Source: an uncultured Bacilli bacterium (lineage in GTDB: Bacteria > Bacillota_I > Bacilli_A > RF39 > UBA660). From it: 64,000 nucleotides of DNA. The notes beneath the pieces are model-generated. The model was given only the letters and a program-made list of their open reading frames with translations, had not been told where the DNA came from and did not search any database. Positions within the stretch are counted from its first letter, which is position 1; each line of letters opens with the position of its first letter. The stretch is from contig CANQQR010000003.1 in the NCBI GenBank assembly GCA_947626035.1, positions 7,603 through 71,602 of the forward strand. The letters are read 5' to 3'. Shown piece after piece: positions 27,934 to 37,405 of the stretch. The position numbers and the translations under genes are program-made.

Positions 27934-29679
27934 ATGGATTTATATAAAATTAGACAACAACTAAACATGGGAATTTCCCTAACATCAATTAAACTTAAAG
28001 TAACAGACTATTCAAGAGTATCAACAGACCACTTAGAACAACAAAAATCATTAAAAAATCAAGTAGAACATTTTGACGAAATGATTAAAAACAATAAAAA
28101 CTGGACCTATGTACCTGGTTATATAGACGATGGAATAAGTGGTACTACTGACTATAAAAGAGATAACTTCATGAAAATGATAGACGATGCACGAATAGGA
28201 AAATTTGATTTAATTATAACAAAAGAAATATCAAGATTTTCAAGAAATACTTTAGACAGCATAAAATACACAAGAGAATTACTTTCCTATGGTGTAGCAG
28301 TATTATTTGTAAGCGACAACATAAACACAGCATTACCTGATTCAGAACTAAGACTCACAATAATGGCTTCAATGGCTCAGGACGAAATAAGAAGATTATC
28401 AGAACGCGTTAAATTTGGCATGAATAGATCTATCAAAAACGGAACCATTCTAGGAAATGACATGTTATACGGTTATAAAAAAGATAAAATTACTGGAAAT
28501 TTAAACATAATTACAGAAGAAGCAAACATTGTAAAAAGACTATTTAACCTATATGCTATAGAAAATATATCAATAACTAAAATATCAAAAATCTTTAACA
28601 AAGAAAAAATAAAAACATCCCAAAACAAAAAATGGAGTCCTGTGACACTAACAAGAATGATAAAAAATCCAAAATATAAAGGCTATTACTGTGGCAAAAA
28701 AACAGAAATAATAGATTACATGACAAAAAAAGTAAAACAAATTCCAGAAAAAGAATGGGTTTTATATAAAGATAACCTAAAAATACCACCAATAATAGAC
28801 GAAAACCTTTGGAATCGAGCCAATAACAAACTAAAATCAAGAAACAAAACATTTGGACAAGATTACAAAAAAGACAAAATCATGTATCAAAATAGATACC
28901 CATTATCTGCAAAAATATATTGTTTAATTCATAATGAAGTATTCCATAGAAGAAAACAATGTAAAAAAACTAATGACATTACTTGGATTTGTGCTAAATA
29001 TTTAAAAGAGGGAAAGAAATCATGTGACTCGCCCAACATAAGAGAAAGTGAAATATATGCTATTCTTTTTGACGTAATAAAAGAACTTAAAATAGATATA
29101 TCTATTATATCTAAAATCTTACTAGAACAATATGAAAATAACAAAAATAACACCGGTATTGATAATAAAATAAAAGAACTAAAAAAACAAAAAAACAAAA
29201 TACTATCTAAAAAAGAAAAATTACTAGAACTTAATATTGAAAATAACTTATCAAATAGTGAATTTAAAATAAGAAATAACGAATGTAACAAAGAACTATC
29301 TGATATTGAACAAAACATAAAACTATTACAAAACACAAAACAAAACAATAATGACCTAAAAGACAAAAATAAAAAACTAGAAAAAATACTAAAACAAAAA
29401 ATAAATGAAGAAAATACTAAAAATAAAATAATAGAATTACTATTAAACAAAATAATTGTTTCAAAAATAAATGATAATAAAGAAAACATAGAATTAAAAA
29501 TAATTTTAAACATTAAAGAAAATTTTTTAGAAAAACAATTAAAAGAAAATACTACTTCTAACACCACAAACTACAAAAAACTAATGAAAAAAAATTATGA
29601 ATTTAAAAGAGGCTATAACACAACTGGAACAAGAAGATATATAATTAAATATCAAGTAAAATCATATATTTTTTTATAA
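27934..29679 (+). CDS. Large serine recombinase (resolvase/invertase N-terminal catalytic domain + recombinase + zinc-ribbon + coiled-coil C-terminal).
   Basis: N-terminal VTDYSRVSTDHLEQQKSL (catalytic Ser in YSRVST), the typical ISRFSRN and a Cys-rich CLIHNEVFHRRKQC...C region. 581-aa length. Confidence 0.85.
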   Translation: MDLYKIRQQLNMGISLTSIKLKVTDYSRVSTDHLEQQKSLKNQVEHFDEMIKNNKNWTYVPGYIDDGISGTTDYKRDNFMKMIDDARIGKFDLIITKEISRFSRNTLDSIKYTRELLSYGVAVLFVSDNINTALPDSELRLTIMASMAQDEIRRLSERVKFGMNRSIKNGTILGNDMLYGYKKDKITGNLNIITEEANIVKRLFNLYAIENISITKISKIFNKEKIKTSQNKKWSPVTLTRMIKNPKYKGYYCGKKTEIIDYMTKKVKQIPEKEWVLYKDNLKIPPIIDENLWNRANNKLKSRNKTFGQDYKKDKIMYQNRYPLSAKIYCLIHNEVFHRRKQCKKTNDITWICAKYLKEGKKSCDSPNIRESEIYAILFDVIKELKIDISIISKILLEQYENNKNNTGIDNKIKELKKQKNKILSKKEKLLELNIENNLSNSEFKIRNNECNKELSDIEQNIKLLQNTKQNNNDLKDKNKKLEKILKQKINEENTKNKIIELLLNKIIVSKINDNKENIELKIILNIKENFLEKQLKENTTSNTTNYKKLMKKNYEFKRGYNTTGTRRYIIKYQVKSYIFL

Positions 29680-29704
29680 CTATAGAAAATTATTATCATT
29701 ACAC

Positions 29705-30329
29705 TATGTTCAAACAAATTAACAAAGTCTCCTTGACCTCCAATATAAGCACCACTTAAAGAAGCAAAATCAACAGAATTATCTACATTAACTTCTCCCT
29801 TATCAATACCACTCTTATATAAAGCATACATAAACACCATCGCAGGCATACCACCAGTTCTACCAGCTAAAACACTCTTACCCTTTAACATATCAGGACT
29901 AAACTTATCTTTAAGAGAACAATCTCCCACTAAAAACTGTCCATCTCTCTTAGTCAAACTTGAAAAATTAACTAAATAATCACTCTCATTATTATTATAA
30001 ACATACAAAGTTGCTTCAAGTCCACTAAGCCCAATATCAGCATCTCCTGACAAAACTGCACTAGCAACCTTATCAGCACCACTAGTTAAAATAACCTCTA
30101 AATCAAGCCCATTATCTTCAAAATAACCATTATGTAATCCAACATAAAAAGGTGCATAAAATACACTATGAGTAACCTCTGCAACAACTATCTTCTCTTT
30201 ATCATCCTTATTTTTAAAACCAAAATAAATTAAACCAAAAAATATCAAACCCACAGTTAAAGCACCAACAATAAAACTTAACTTTTTCATATAACCTCTC
30301 TTTCTGTTAATAGTATATGTACTAAACAA
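29705..30329 (-). pseudogene. N-terminal fragment of the NMT1/SsuA-like ABC substrate-binding protein (signal/lipoprotein-like N-terminus), interrupted by the element.
   Basis: MKKLSFIVGALTVGLIFF...VAEVTHSVFYAPFYVGLHNGYFEDNGLDLEV is NMT1-like. After ...GDFVNLFEH the frame runs into element-derived sequence and stops. Confidence 0.6.
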
Positions 30330-30365
30330 AAAAGGGTTAAAAAAAGACTCGCATAATCGCGAAGT

Positions 30366-31289
30366 CTAATTTAAAACTAAAGATTTACCATGCTCCTCTT
30401 TATAAAGTTCTTGTAAATTATCATAAATAAAAGTCTCGCTAAAAGGCACAGCCTCTTCTGGTAAAGTTGGGTCAAAAAAGTCATTTCCTCCAGGAGAAAC
30501 CAATTGAACACCATCTTTTCTACCTAAATAATGAGCCCAAAAAGAACAATAATTATGTCTAACCTCATAATCAGGATTTTGTCTATCTGGATCAATATTA
30601 TCAACATAATAGAAAAACTTAACTAAAGCTTCATATAATGGTCCAGACTTTTGGTCGATAGCCCTTAAATAAAAACCACTATCATAAGTACTAAATTGTC
30701 CCTTTGCTACATAATTTTCAAACAAACCTATATTACCTTTAATACCAGTAACTTGCCTTACATAATTAATCCATCTTTCATTCTTACATCTATTATATAA
30801 AACACTAGCAACATTTAACCCCTCATTAATTCTATCTTCATTTTCTTCTCCAGGCATCCCCTCAGTAATACATCCTGCAATAATAATATCAAACTCTTCC
30901 CTAGTTAAATCAAACTTCCTTAAAATATAATCAATCATCTCAGGAATAGTTTCTTCCTTTTTCTCAGTAACAACCTTTTCTTCCTCTTTAGGAAAAGCAT
31001 ACTTAATTAACTCATCCCTACTAATCATCCAAGGAATTTCACTATCATTTATAGTTTCTTCCTCTTTAGGAAAAGCATAACTAATTAACTCATCTCTACT
31101 AATCATCCATGACACATCACTAACACTACTAGCATTAAAGTCCTCTTTAGACTTACTATTTCTCTTAGAACAACTAAGAAAATTCAAAACCAAAACAAGA
31201 CTCAAAACACTAATTCCTAAATTTCTAAAACCAAAATTATTTCTTCTCTTACCTCTATAATTTTTACTCATAAAAAAATACCCCCTCAA
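30366..31289 (-). CDS. Lipoprotein with a SleB-like cell wall hydrolase (Hydrolase_2) C-terminal domain. N-terminal region has a duplicated 18-aa motif.
   Basis: Lipobox-like VLNFLSC. WMISRDELI.YAFPKEEE occurs twice. LNVASVLYNRCKN...GQFSTYD resembles the SleB motif. Confidence 0.55.
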   Translation of the reverse strand: MRGYFFMSKNYRGKRRNNFGFRNLGISVLSLVLVLNFLSCSKRNSKSKEDFNASSVSDVSWMISRDELISYAFPKEEETINDSEIPWMISRDELIKYAFPKEEEKVVTEKKEETIPEMIDYILRKFDLTREEFDIIIAGCITEGMPGEENEDRINEGLNVASVLYNRCKNERWINYVRQVTGIKGNIGLFENYVAKGQFSTYDSGFYLRAIDQKSGPLYEALVKFFYYVDNIDPDRQNPDYEVRHNYCSFWAHYLGRKDGVQLVSPGGNDFFDPTLPEEAVPFSETFIYDNLQELYKEEHGKSLVLN

Positions 31290-31379
31290 AACTTATATAA
31301 TTGTACCATATAAAACCCAATTTGTCAAATCTTGAAAAACACATAAATATTATTTATAATAAAAACATAAAGGAGCACT

Positions 31380-31958
31380 ATGAAAAAATATAGATTATAT
31401 AGAATAGCAAGACCCATAATAAAATCATTCATGAAAATATGCTATAAAATAGAAGTAATAGGAAGCGAAAACATACCATCAGAAAATAGATGCATACTAG
31501 CAGGAAATCACACAAACAACCTAGACCCATTACTAATAATGTCAAGTACAAAAAGAACAATAAGATTTTTAGCAAAAAAAGAACTACACAAAGGAATATT
31601 TAAACCACTATTCTTAAGCGCTGGAACAATACCTGTTGATAGAAAAATAAAAGACGAATCAGTAAAAATAGAAACAATAAAAGCACTAGAAAATGAAGAA
31701 CTAATATGCATATTCCCAGAAGGAACAATTAACAGAACAAAAAACATAATCTTACCATTCAAATATGGAACAGTATCATTTGCAAGTAAAACAAACTCTG
31801 TAATAGTTCCATTCGTAATAACTGGACATTACAAAATATGGAAAAAGAACATAAAAATAAAATTTCTAAAACCATATAAATTAGAAACAAATAACTTAGA
31901 AATAGAAAACGAAAAATTAATGAACATAATAAAAAATGAAATTGGAGGAAACAAATGA
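31380..31958 (+). CDS. plsC: 1-acyl-sn-glycerol-3-phosphate acyltransferase.
   Basis: H(X)4D motif AGNHTNNLD and FPEGTINRT. Confidence 0.8.
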   Translation: MKKYRLYRIARPIIKSFMKICYKIEVIGSENIPSENRCILAGNHTNNLDPLLIMSSTKRTIRFLAKKELHKGIFKPLFLSAGTIPVDRKIKDESVKIETIKALENEELICIFPEGTINRTKNIILPFKYGTVSFASKTNSVIVPFVITGHYKIWKKNIKIKFLKPYKLETNNLEIENEKLMNIIKNEIGGNK

Positions 31959-32539
31959 CAAACTTTTTTTATAAATTTTTTAAACTAATACTAAAACCAA
32001 TATACATACTTTACTATAACCCTAAAATCTACAACAAAGAAAACTTAAAAATCAACGGACCTGTAATATATGCTGCAAATCACATCCACATAATGGACCA
32101 ATGTAACATAATAATATCAACTAATAGAGTAATACACTACATGGCTAAAAGAGAGTATTTTGATAGTGCTAAAACAAAATGGTTCTTTAAACTAACTGGA
32201 TGCATAAGTGTAGATAGAAGCACAAAAGACGAACATGCTGTAAATGCTGCTTTAGAAATACTAAACAACAAAGGCGCAATAGGAATATTTCCAGAGGGAA
32301 CAAGAAACAAAACAAAAGAAAAACTTTTACCTTTTAAATTTGGAGCAGTAAGCATGGCTTTAAAAACCAACGCAACCATAGTGCCAGTAGCAATAACAGG
32401 CACATATAAATTTAGAAGTAAAGACTTAAAAATAAAAGTAGGAACACCTTTTAAAATAGAAAACATGACAAAAGAAGAAGCAAACAACAAACTATATAAT
32501 GAAATAAGCACCATGATAGACGAACTAAAAAAGAAGTAA
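31955..32539 (+). CDS. Second PlsC-family lysophospholipid acyltransferase (tandem paralog).
   Basis: ANHIHIMDQ and FPEGTRNKT motifs. 4-nt overlap with the upstream gene. Confidence 0.75.
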   Translation: MTNFFYKFFKLILKPIYILYYNPKIYNKENLKINGPVIYAANHIHIMDQCNIIISTNRVIHYMAKREYFDSAKTKWFFKLTGCISVDRSTKDEHAVNAALEILNNKGAIGIFPEGTRNKTKEKLLPFKFGAVSMALKTNATIVPVAITGTYKFRSKDLKIKVGTPFKIENMTKEEANNKLYNEISTMIDELKKK

Positions 32540-32546
32540 AAAGAAA

Positions 32547-32578
32547 AACATTCTAAACACCAAATTAGAATGTTTTTA
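32547..32578. terminator. Bidirectional terminator (ACATTCTAA-acaccaaa-TTAGAATGT + T-run).
   Basis: 9-bp perfect stem between convergent genes. Confidence 0.55.
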
Positions 32579-32582
32579 TATA

Positions 32583-33026
32583 TTATTCACTATACTTAGA
32601 AAGTACGCTTTCTATATCATTAGTATTAACATAATATATATTATTGTTTATTCCAAGTCTATAATAATCAGGAAAATCGTCATTTGCTGTATCTCTTAAA
32701 TTAACAGAAGCAATTTTTTCGTCATTATCATTATAGAAATAAAGATAAGATAAATGTTCTACCCAATCAGTATCATTACTAATTTGTTTTCTGCTATTTT
32801 TAATAATATTAATTAATTTATCAATATCTTCTCTATTATCAATAGTAACTGTATCTACATATCGGTCATAAACAATGTAAGAAGTATCGTCAAAAACTTT
32901 AGCAATACTTTCTTCCATAACTTCTCCAATATCGTCTTCTATATTAAATTTTTCTTTAGTCTTACATCCAGTCAAACTAATAGAAACAAGTAAAACAAAC
33001 AAAACCCCACAAACCTTTTTAAACAA
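32583..33026 (-). CDS. Lipoprotein, paralog 1 (TTG start).
   Basis: MFKKVCGVLFVLLVSISLTGC lipobox. RBS aggaga 9 nt upstream of the TTG. Confidence 0.6.
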   Translation of the reverse strand: MFKKVCGVLFVLLVSISLTGCKTKEKFNIEDDIGEVMEESIAKVFDDTSYIVYDRYVDTVTIDNREDIDKLINIIKNSRKQISNDTDWVEHLSYLYFYNDNDEKIASVNLRDTANDDFPDYYRLGINNNIYYVNTNDIESVLSKYSE

Positions 33027-33040
33027 AACATACCATCTCC

Positions 33041-33505
33041 TTACTCACTAATATACTGTATAAGAAATCCTTTTAAATCCTCCATATTAGCATAATACAA
33101 ATGTGTTCCCTCATCTGATTTAACTAAAATATTATAATATTTTGTTGGGTCACTATTTTCATGCTCTCTTAAATTAACAGAAACAATTTCTTCGTCACTT
33201 TCATTATAAAAATAAAGATTAGATAAATATTCAGCAAATGTTATATCATTACCTAGTGACCTATTACTAGCCTTTATAATACCAATTAACTTATCAATAT
33301 CTTCCTTTTTATCAATAGTCACTTTTTCGTCTAGCCTTTCATAAACAACATAAGAAGTATCGTCAAAAACTTTAGCAACATCTTCTTTCATAACACTACC
33401 AACATCATCCTCAATACTATATTCATGTTTCTCTTTAGTCTTACATCCAGTCAAACTAATAGAAATAAGTAAAACAAACAAAACCCCACAAACCTTTTTA
33501 AACAA
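33041..33505 (-). CDS. Lipoprotein, paralog 2. Start re-assigned to the TTG equivalent to paralog 1.
   Basis: Identical 5' region (aggagatggtatgttttgtttaaaaaggtttgtgggg) including the RBS. The ORF track's longer N-terminus has no RBS. Confidence 0.55.
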   Translation of the reverse strand: MFKKVCGVLFVLLISISLTGCKTKEKHEYSIEDDVGSVMKEDVAKVFDDTSYVVYERLDEKVTIDKKEDIDKLIGIIKASNRSLGNDITFAEYLSNLYFYNESDEEIVSVNLREHENSDPTKYYNILVKSDEGTHLYYANMEDLKGFLIQYISE

Positions 33506-33666
33506 AACATACCATCTCCTTATTAACCTAATTATATAATATAAAACTAAAAATACAAACAAAAAACTTTTTTAAAACAAATGTAAAATTTATGTGAAAG
33601 ACACAAAAAACTACAAAAAATTTGATATAATATAATCTGATATATTTTACTAAGGAGGTACCTGTT

Positions 33667-35910
33667 ATGAAAAAATTAAGTTTATTAATAATTTCAATAT
33701 TTATAAGCCTAGCATTTATAAAAAATATTGATGCTCTAACAGGGTACACAAGAGAAAGCGACATAATGGTAAGAACTGGTCCAAGTACTTCATATGACTA
33801 TGTCGCACAATTAGAAGCAAACTACGTTTTAGATTTAGTAGACTCTACACTATATAATGTTGGAGACTCTGCTTGCTCAATCGGTTGGTATAAAATAAAT
33901 TTTAATGGAAACGAAAGATATATATGTGGTGAATATGTAACAATTGGAGACATCTCCTCATCAACTCCTAGCTACAGCACAGACCCATATGACGCAAGGA
34001 TTTATGGAACATCTATTCAAGTAAGGTCCGCTGCAACTAGCACATCTACTTTGAAAACATACCTAATGCCAGGAGACGATATAGTAATAAAAAGTGGAAA
34101 AATATCAGGAAGTGGATGCTCTGATGGCTGGTATCAAGTAGCATATTATAAAAATGAAACAGGCTATGTTTGTTCAACATACATAAGAACAAAAAGCGAA
34201 ATAACTGCCACTGAACCAGAATATGAAAAAGAACTAAAAGAAAAAGGATTTCCAGACACATACATTCCATACTTAGTAAAACTACATCAAATGCACCCAG
34301 CATGGGTATTTAACCCATCATTTACTAACTATAACTGGAATTATGTAGTTGAAAGAGAAAGAGACGCTAACGTACTTAATTACATATATGTTAATAACAC
34401 AACACAAAACGTATACACAAAATATATGACAGAAGAATATGGTTGGTATAGAACAACAGACGCAGTAAACGCATTTTACCTAGACCCAAGAAACTTCTTA
34501 ACAGAAAAATTTGTATTTATGTTTGAAAAACTAAACTACGACTACGGTAACGATTCAAAAACAGTATTTAATAAAGAAAGCGAATCAGCAAAAAAATACT
34601 ATAAAGACTTACAATCAATACTAGCCGGAACTTACCTAAACGCTGATAATTACATCTACGCATTCATAGAATCAGGATTTAAATATAACATAAGCCCAGA
34701 CCACATAGCTTCACGTGCAATACAAGAGGGAATGGGAAGACCAACAAACGAATCAATAACAGGCGAATACACTGGCACTTACTTTGGTCACAGCCTATAT
34801 GGTTACTACAATTATTACAACATCAACGCATACTATAGTAATGGCTATGATCCAACAACAAATGGCCTAGCATACGCATGTGGAAGTGAATGTGGATATT
34901 CAAATACTTATCTAAGACCTTGGAACACAAGAGAAAAAGCAATAGAAGGTGGTGCAATGTGGATTGCAGAAGACTACATAGGAATAGGACAACACACCCT
35001 ATACTACCAAAAATTTAACACAAGCCCACTCGCTGAATCTAGAATGCATTTTGCACACCAATATCAAACCAACGTACAAGCTCCTGTCACTGAAGGGGTA
35101 TCAGTATTTGAAGCCTATAGAGACAGTAACCAACTAAACAACAAAATAGAATTTGATATACCAATATACAACAACATGCCAGACGTAGTAAGTCTTCCAA
35201 AAATCGCAAACACAGTAAACACACTAAAAGACATAAAAATAAATGGTGTATCAATACACAACTTTGATAAAGACGTTCTAGAATATATAACATACATAAG
35301 TGATAAAGAATCAAAAGTAAAAATAGAAGTAACAAAAAGTGATAACACAAGCACTGTAACAGGCGACGGAGAAATAACTCTAACAAACGACGAAACAAAA
35401 ATACAAATAAAAGTAACTGCCGAAAATGGTAGCTTAAAAATATACACAGTTACAATAAAAAAAGTAACAGACAACATAACAATAGACGAAATAATTAGTA
35501 ACTTATCAACAAAACAAACAAACGGAATAATGTATAAAATAAGTCCAAACACATTAGGAAGCACACTTAAAAATTCAATACTAAAATTCGCATCTAATGC
35601 AACAGTAAAAATCACAAACGTAACAGGAAATGAAATAGAAACAAACGAAACACTAAAAACAGGACAAACCCTAACAATTACTGTACCAAGTGGAGAAACA
35701 AGAAGCTTTAAACTTGCAGTAATAGGCGACACTAATAGTGATGGAAAAGTAGACATAATAGACTTACTACAAATACAAAAATACATACTAAAAGCAAAAA
35801 CACTAGATAACGAAAACTTAAAAGCAGGAGACACAAACGACGACGGAAAAGTAGACATAATAGACTTACTAAGAATACAAAAATACATACTAAAAAAAAT
35901 AACACTATAA
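33667..35910 (+). CDS. Secreted dockerin-bearing peptidoglycan hydrolase candidate: signal, two SH3b-like domains, GH73/glucosaminidase-like region, cadherin-like domain and a C-terminal type I dockerin.
   Basis: GDTNSDGKVDIIDLLQIQKYIL and GDTNDDGKVDIIDLLRIQKYIL form a textbook dockerin pair. LKDIKINGVS...IQIKVTAENGSLKIYTVTI is cadherin-like. SRAIQEGMG is a GH73-like catalytic region. The hydrolase call itself is tentative. Confidence 0.65.
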   Translation: MKKLSLLIISIFISLAFIKNIDALTGYTRESDIMVRTGPSTSYDYVAQLEANYVLDLVDSTLYNVGDSACSIGWYKINFNGNERYICGEYVTIGDISSSTPSYSTDPYDARIYGTSIQVRSAATSTSTLKTYLMPGDDIVIKSGKISGSGCSDGWYQVAYYKNETGYVCSTYIRTKSEITATEPEYEKELKEKGFPDTYIPYLVKLHQMHPAWVFNPSFTNYNWNYVVERERDANVLNYIYVNNTTQNVYTKYMTEEYGWYRTTDAVNAFYLDPRNFLTEKFVFMFEKLNYDYGNDSKTVFNKESESAKKYYKDLQSILAGTYLNADNYIYAFIESGFKYNISPDHIASRAIQEGMGRPTNESITGEYTGTYFGHSLYGYYNYYNINAYYSNGYDPTTNGLAYACGSECGYSNTYLRPWNTREKAIEGGAMWIAEDYIGIGQHTLYYQKFNTSPLAESRMHFAHQYQTNVQAPVTEGVSVFEAYRDSNQLNNKIEFDIPIYNNMPDVVSLPKIANTVNTLKDIKINGVSIHNFDKDVLEYITYISDKESKVKIEVTKSDNTSTVTGDGEITLTNDETKIQIKVTAENGSLKIYTVTIKKVTDNITIDEIISNLSTKQTNGIMYKISPNTLGSTLKNSILKFASNATVKITNVTGNEIETNETLKTGQTLTITVPSGETRSFKLAVIGDTNSDGKVDIIDLLQIQKYILKAKTLDNENLKAGDTNDDGKVDIIDLLRIQKYILKKITL

Positions 35911-35923
35911 AAGGAGAAAATAA

Positions 35924-37366
35924 ATGAAAAAGGGATTTTTAAAAAAAATATTATTTACTCTAGTACTAATGGTAACATTACTACCAATAAAAAACTTAAA
36001 AGCAGCCTCAGGGCACTTTAACATAACAACAAGTAGTAGTGAAGTCCAAATTGGTGGCTACGCATACGTAACTGTAACAGTAAGTTCAGACTCTCCACTA
36101 GGTTCATGGGAATATACAATAAGTTACGACGAAAGCAAACTAAAACTAGAAGACGGCCAAGCTCATGTAGCTTCATATGGAGACGGAACAAAAAAATCAG
36201 AAAGTTACACTTACCAATTCAAAGTAATAGCAAGTGGTACAAGTACTGTATCAGTAATATCTGCTCTAATAATAGACTTTGACACAGAATCACCAATAGA
36301 TTCTCCTGTATCAAGCACTAGTATAACTGGTTACATCCCACAAAACCTAGAAGCAAACTACAGCAGCAACAACAACCTAAAAAATCTAGAAGTATCTGGC
36401 TACAAAATATCTCCAGAATTTAACAAAGACAAAACAGAATATACAGTAGAAGTACCAGAGTCTGTAGAAAAAGTCACAATAAATGCCGAGGTAGAAGACA
36501 GCACTGCAAGAATAACAGGAACCGGAGAACACAATGTAAGCGAGGGAGAAAACAAATTTGAAATCGTAGTAACAGCTGAAAATGGAAGCACAAAAAAATA
36601 CACAATAAAAGTAACAGTAAAAGACTCAAACCCAATAGAAGTAACCATAGATGGACTAAAATACACAGTAGTAAAACGTGAAAGTTCACTAACTGCTCCA
36701 TCTTCATTTGAAAAAACTAAAGTTTCTATAAACGGTAACGAAGTACCAGGCTTCAAAAGCAAAATAACAAACATAACCCTAATAGGCCTAAAAGACAAAA
36801 ACGGGAAAATAAATCTTTACAAATATGACAGTAAAACTGACTCATACACAATTTACACAGAACTAAAAACAAACACATTAACAATATTCCCAATAACACC
36901 TAAAAAAAGCATAATCCCTACTGGGTACAAAACAGTAGAACTAGAATTAAACGGTACCACTATAGAAGCACTACAATACGAAAACAACAAAGACTTCTAT
37001 CTAATATATGGAATTAACATAGAAACAGGAAAAGAAGACTTATATGAATATGATAAAGAAAATAACACAATAATAAAATATAACAACACTAATGAACAAC
37101 AAATTAAAAAACTAACAGAAGAAAATGAAAATTACAAATTAATAATAATAATTCTATGTATAGAAACATTAACTTTAGTACTAATCGTATTAATAAGTCT
37201 AACAAAAAGAAATAAAAGAAAAACAAAAAAAGAATTAAAAAAAGAAGAAACATCTGAAAATCTAAATGTTAAAGAAGAAAGCACTAAAACAAGCGAAAAA
37301 GAAGAAAAACAAGAACCAAAAGAAGAAAATAAAAGTAATAAAAAAGAAGAAAAAGATAAAAAATAA
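35924..37366 (+). CDS. Second membrane-anchored cohesin-domain protein: signal, cohesin, cadherin-like domain, C-terminal TM helix and a K/E-rich cytoplasmic tail.
   Basis: ASGHFNITTSSSEVQIGGYAYVTVTV...WEYTISYDESKLKLEDGQ is a cohesin-like beta-sandwich start. LKNLEVSGYKISPEFNKDKTEY...VVTAENGSTKKYTIKV is cadherin-like. LIIIILCIETLTLVLIVLISL is the TM helix. Confidence 0.6.
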   Translation: MKKGFLKKILFTLVLMVTLLPIKNLKAASGHFNITTSSSEVQIGGYAYVTVTVSSDSPLGSWEYTISYDESKLKLEDGQAHVASYGDGTKKSESYTYQFKVIASGTSTVSVISALIIDFDTESPIDSPVSSTSITGYIPQNLEANYSSNNNLKNLEVSGYKISPEFNKDKTEYTVEVPESVEKVTINAEVEDSTARITGTGEHNVSEGENKFEIVVTAENGSTKKYTIKVTVKDSNPIEVTIDGLKYTVVKRESSLTAPSSFEKTKVSINGNEVPGFKSKITNITLIGLKDKNGKINLYKYDSKTDSYTIYTELKTNTLTIFPITPKKSIIPTGYKTVELELNGTTIEALQYENNKDFYLIYGINIETGKEDLYEYDKENNTIIKYNNTNEQQIKKLTEENENYKLIIIILCIETLTLVLIVLISLTKRNKRKTKKELKKEETSENLNVKEESTKTSEKEEKQEPKEENKSNKKEEKDKK

Positions 37367-37405
37367 ATAGTATATATGATATAATATGAAGCGAGGAGAG
37401 AAAAA

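Larger units (their letters stand above)
26171..29704 (+). mobile_element. About 3.5 kb integrated element carrying a large serine recombinase and an AbiEi/AbiEii module. It is bounded by 16-bp imperfect terminal inverted repeats (TGTAACGATAAGAATT / AATTATTATCATTACA) abutting a shared cTA at both junctions.
   Basis: The host substrate-binding-protein gene is split exactly here. The IRs read directly at 26173-26188 and 29688-29703 match 14/16. The recombinase gene sits adjacent to the right end. Confidence 0.6.
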
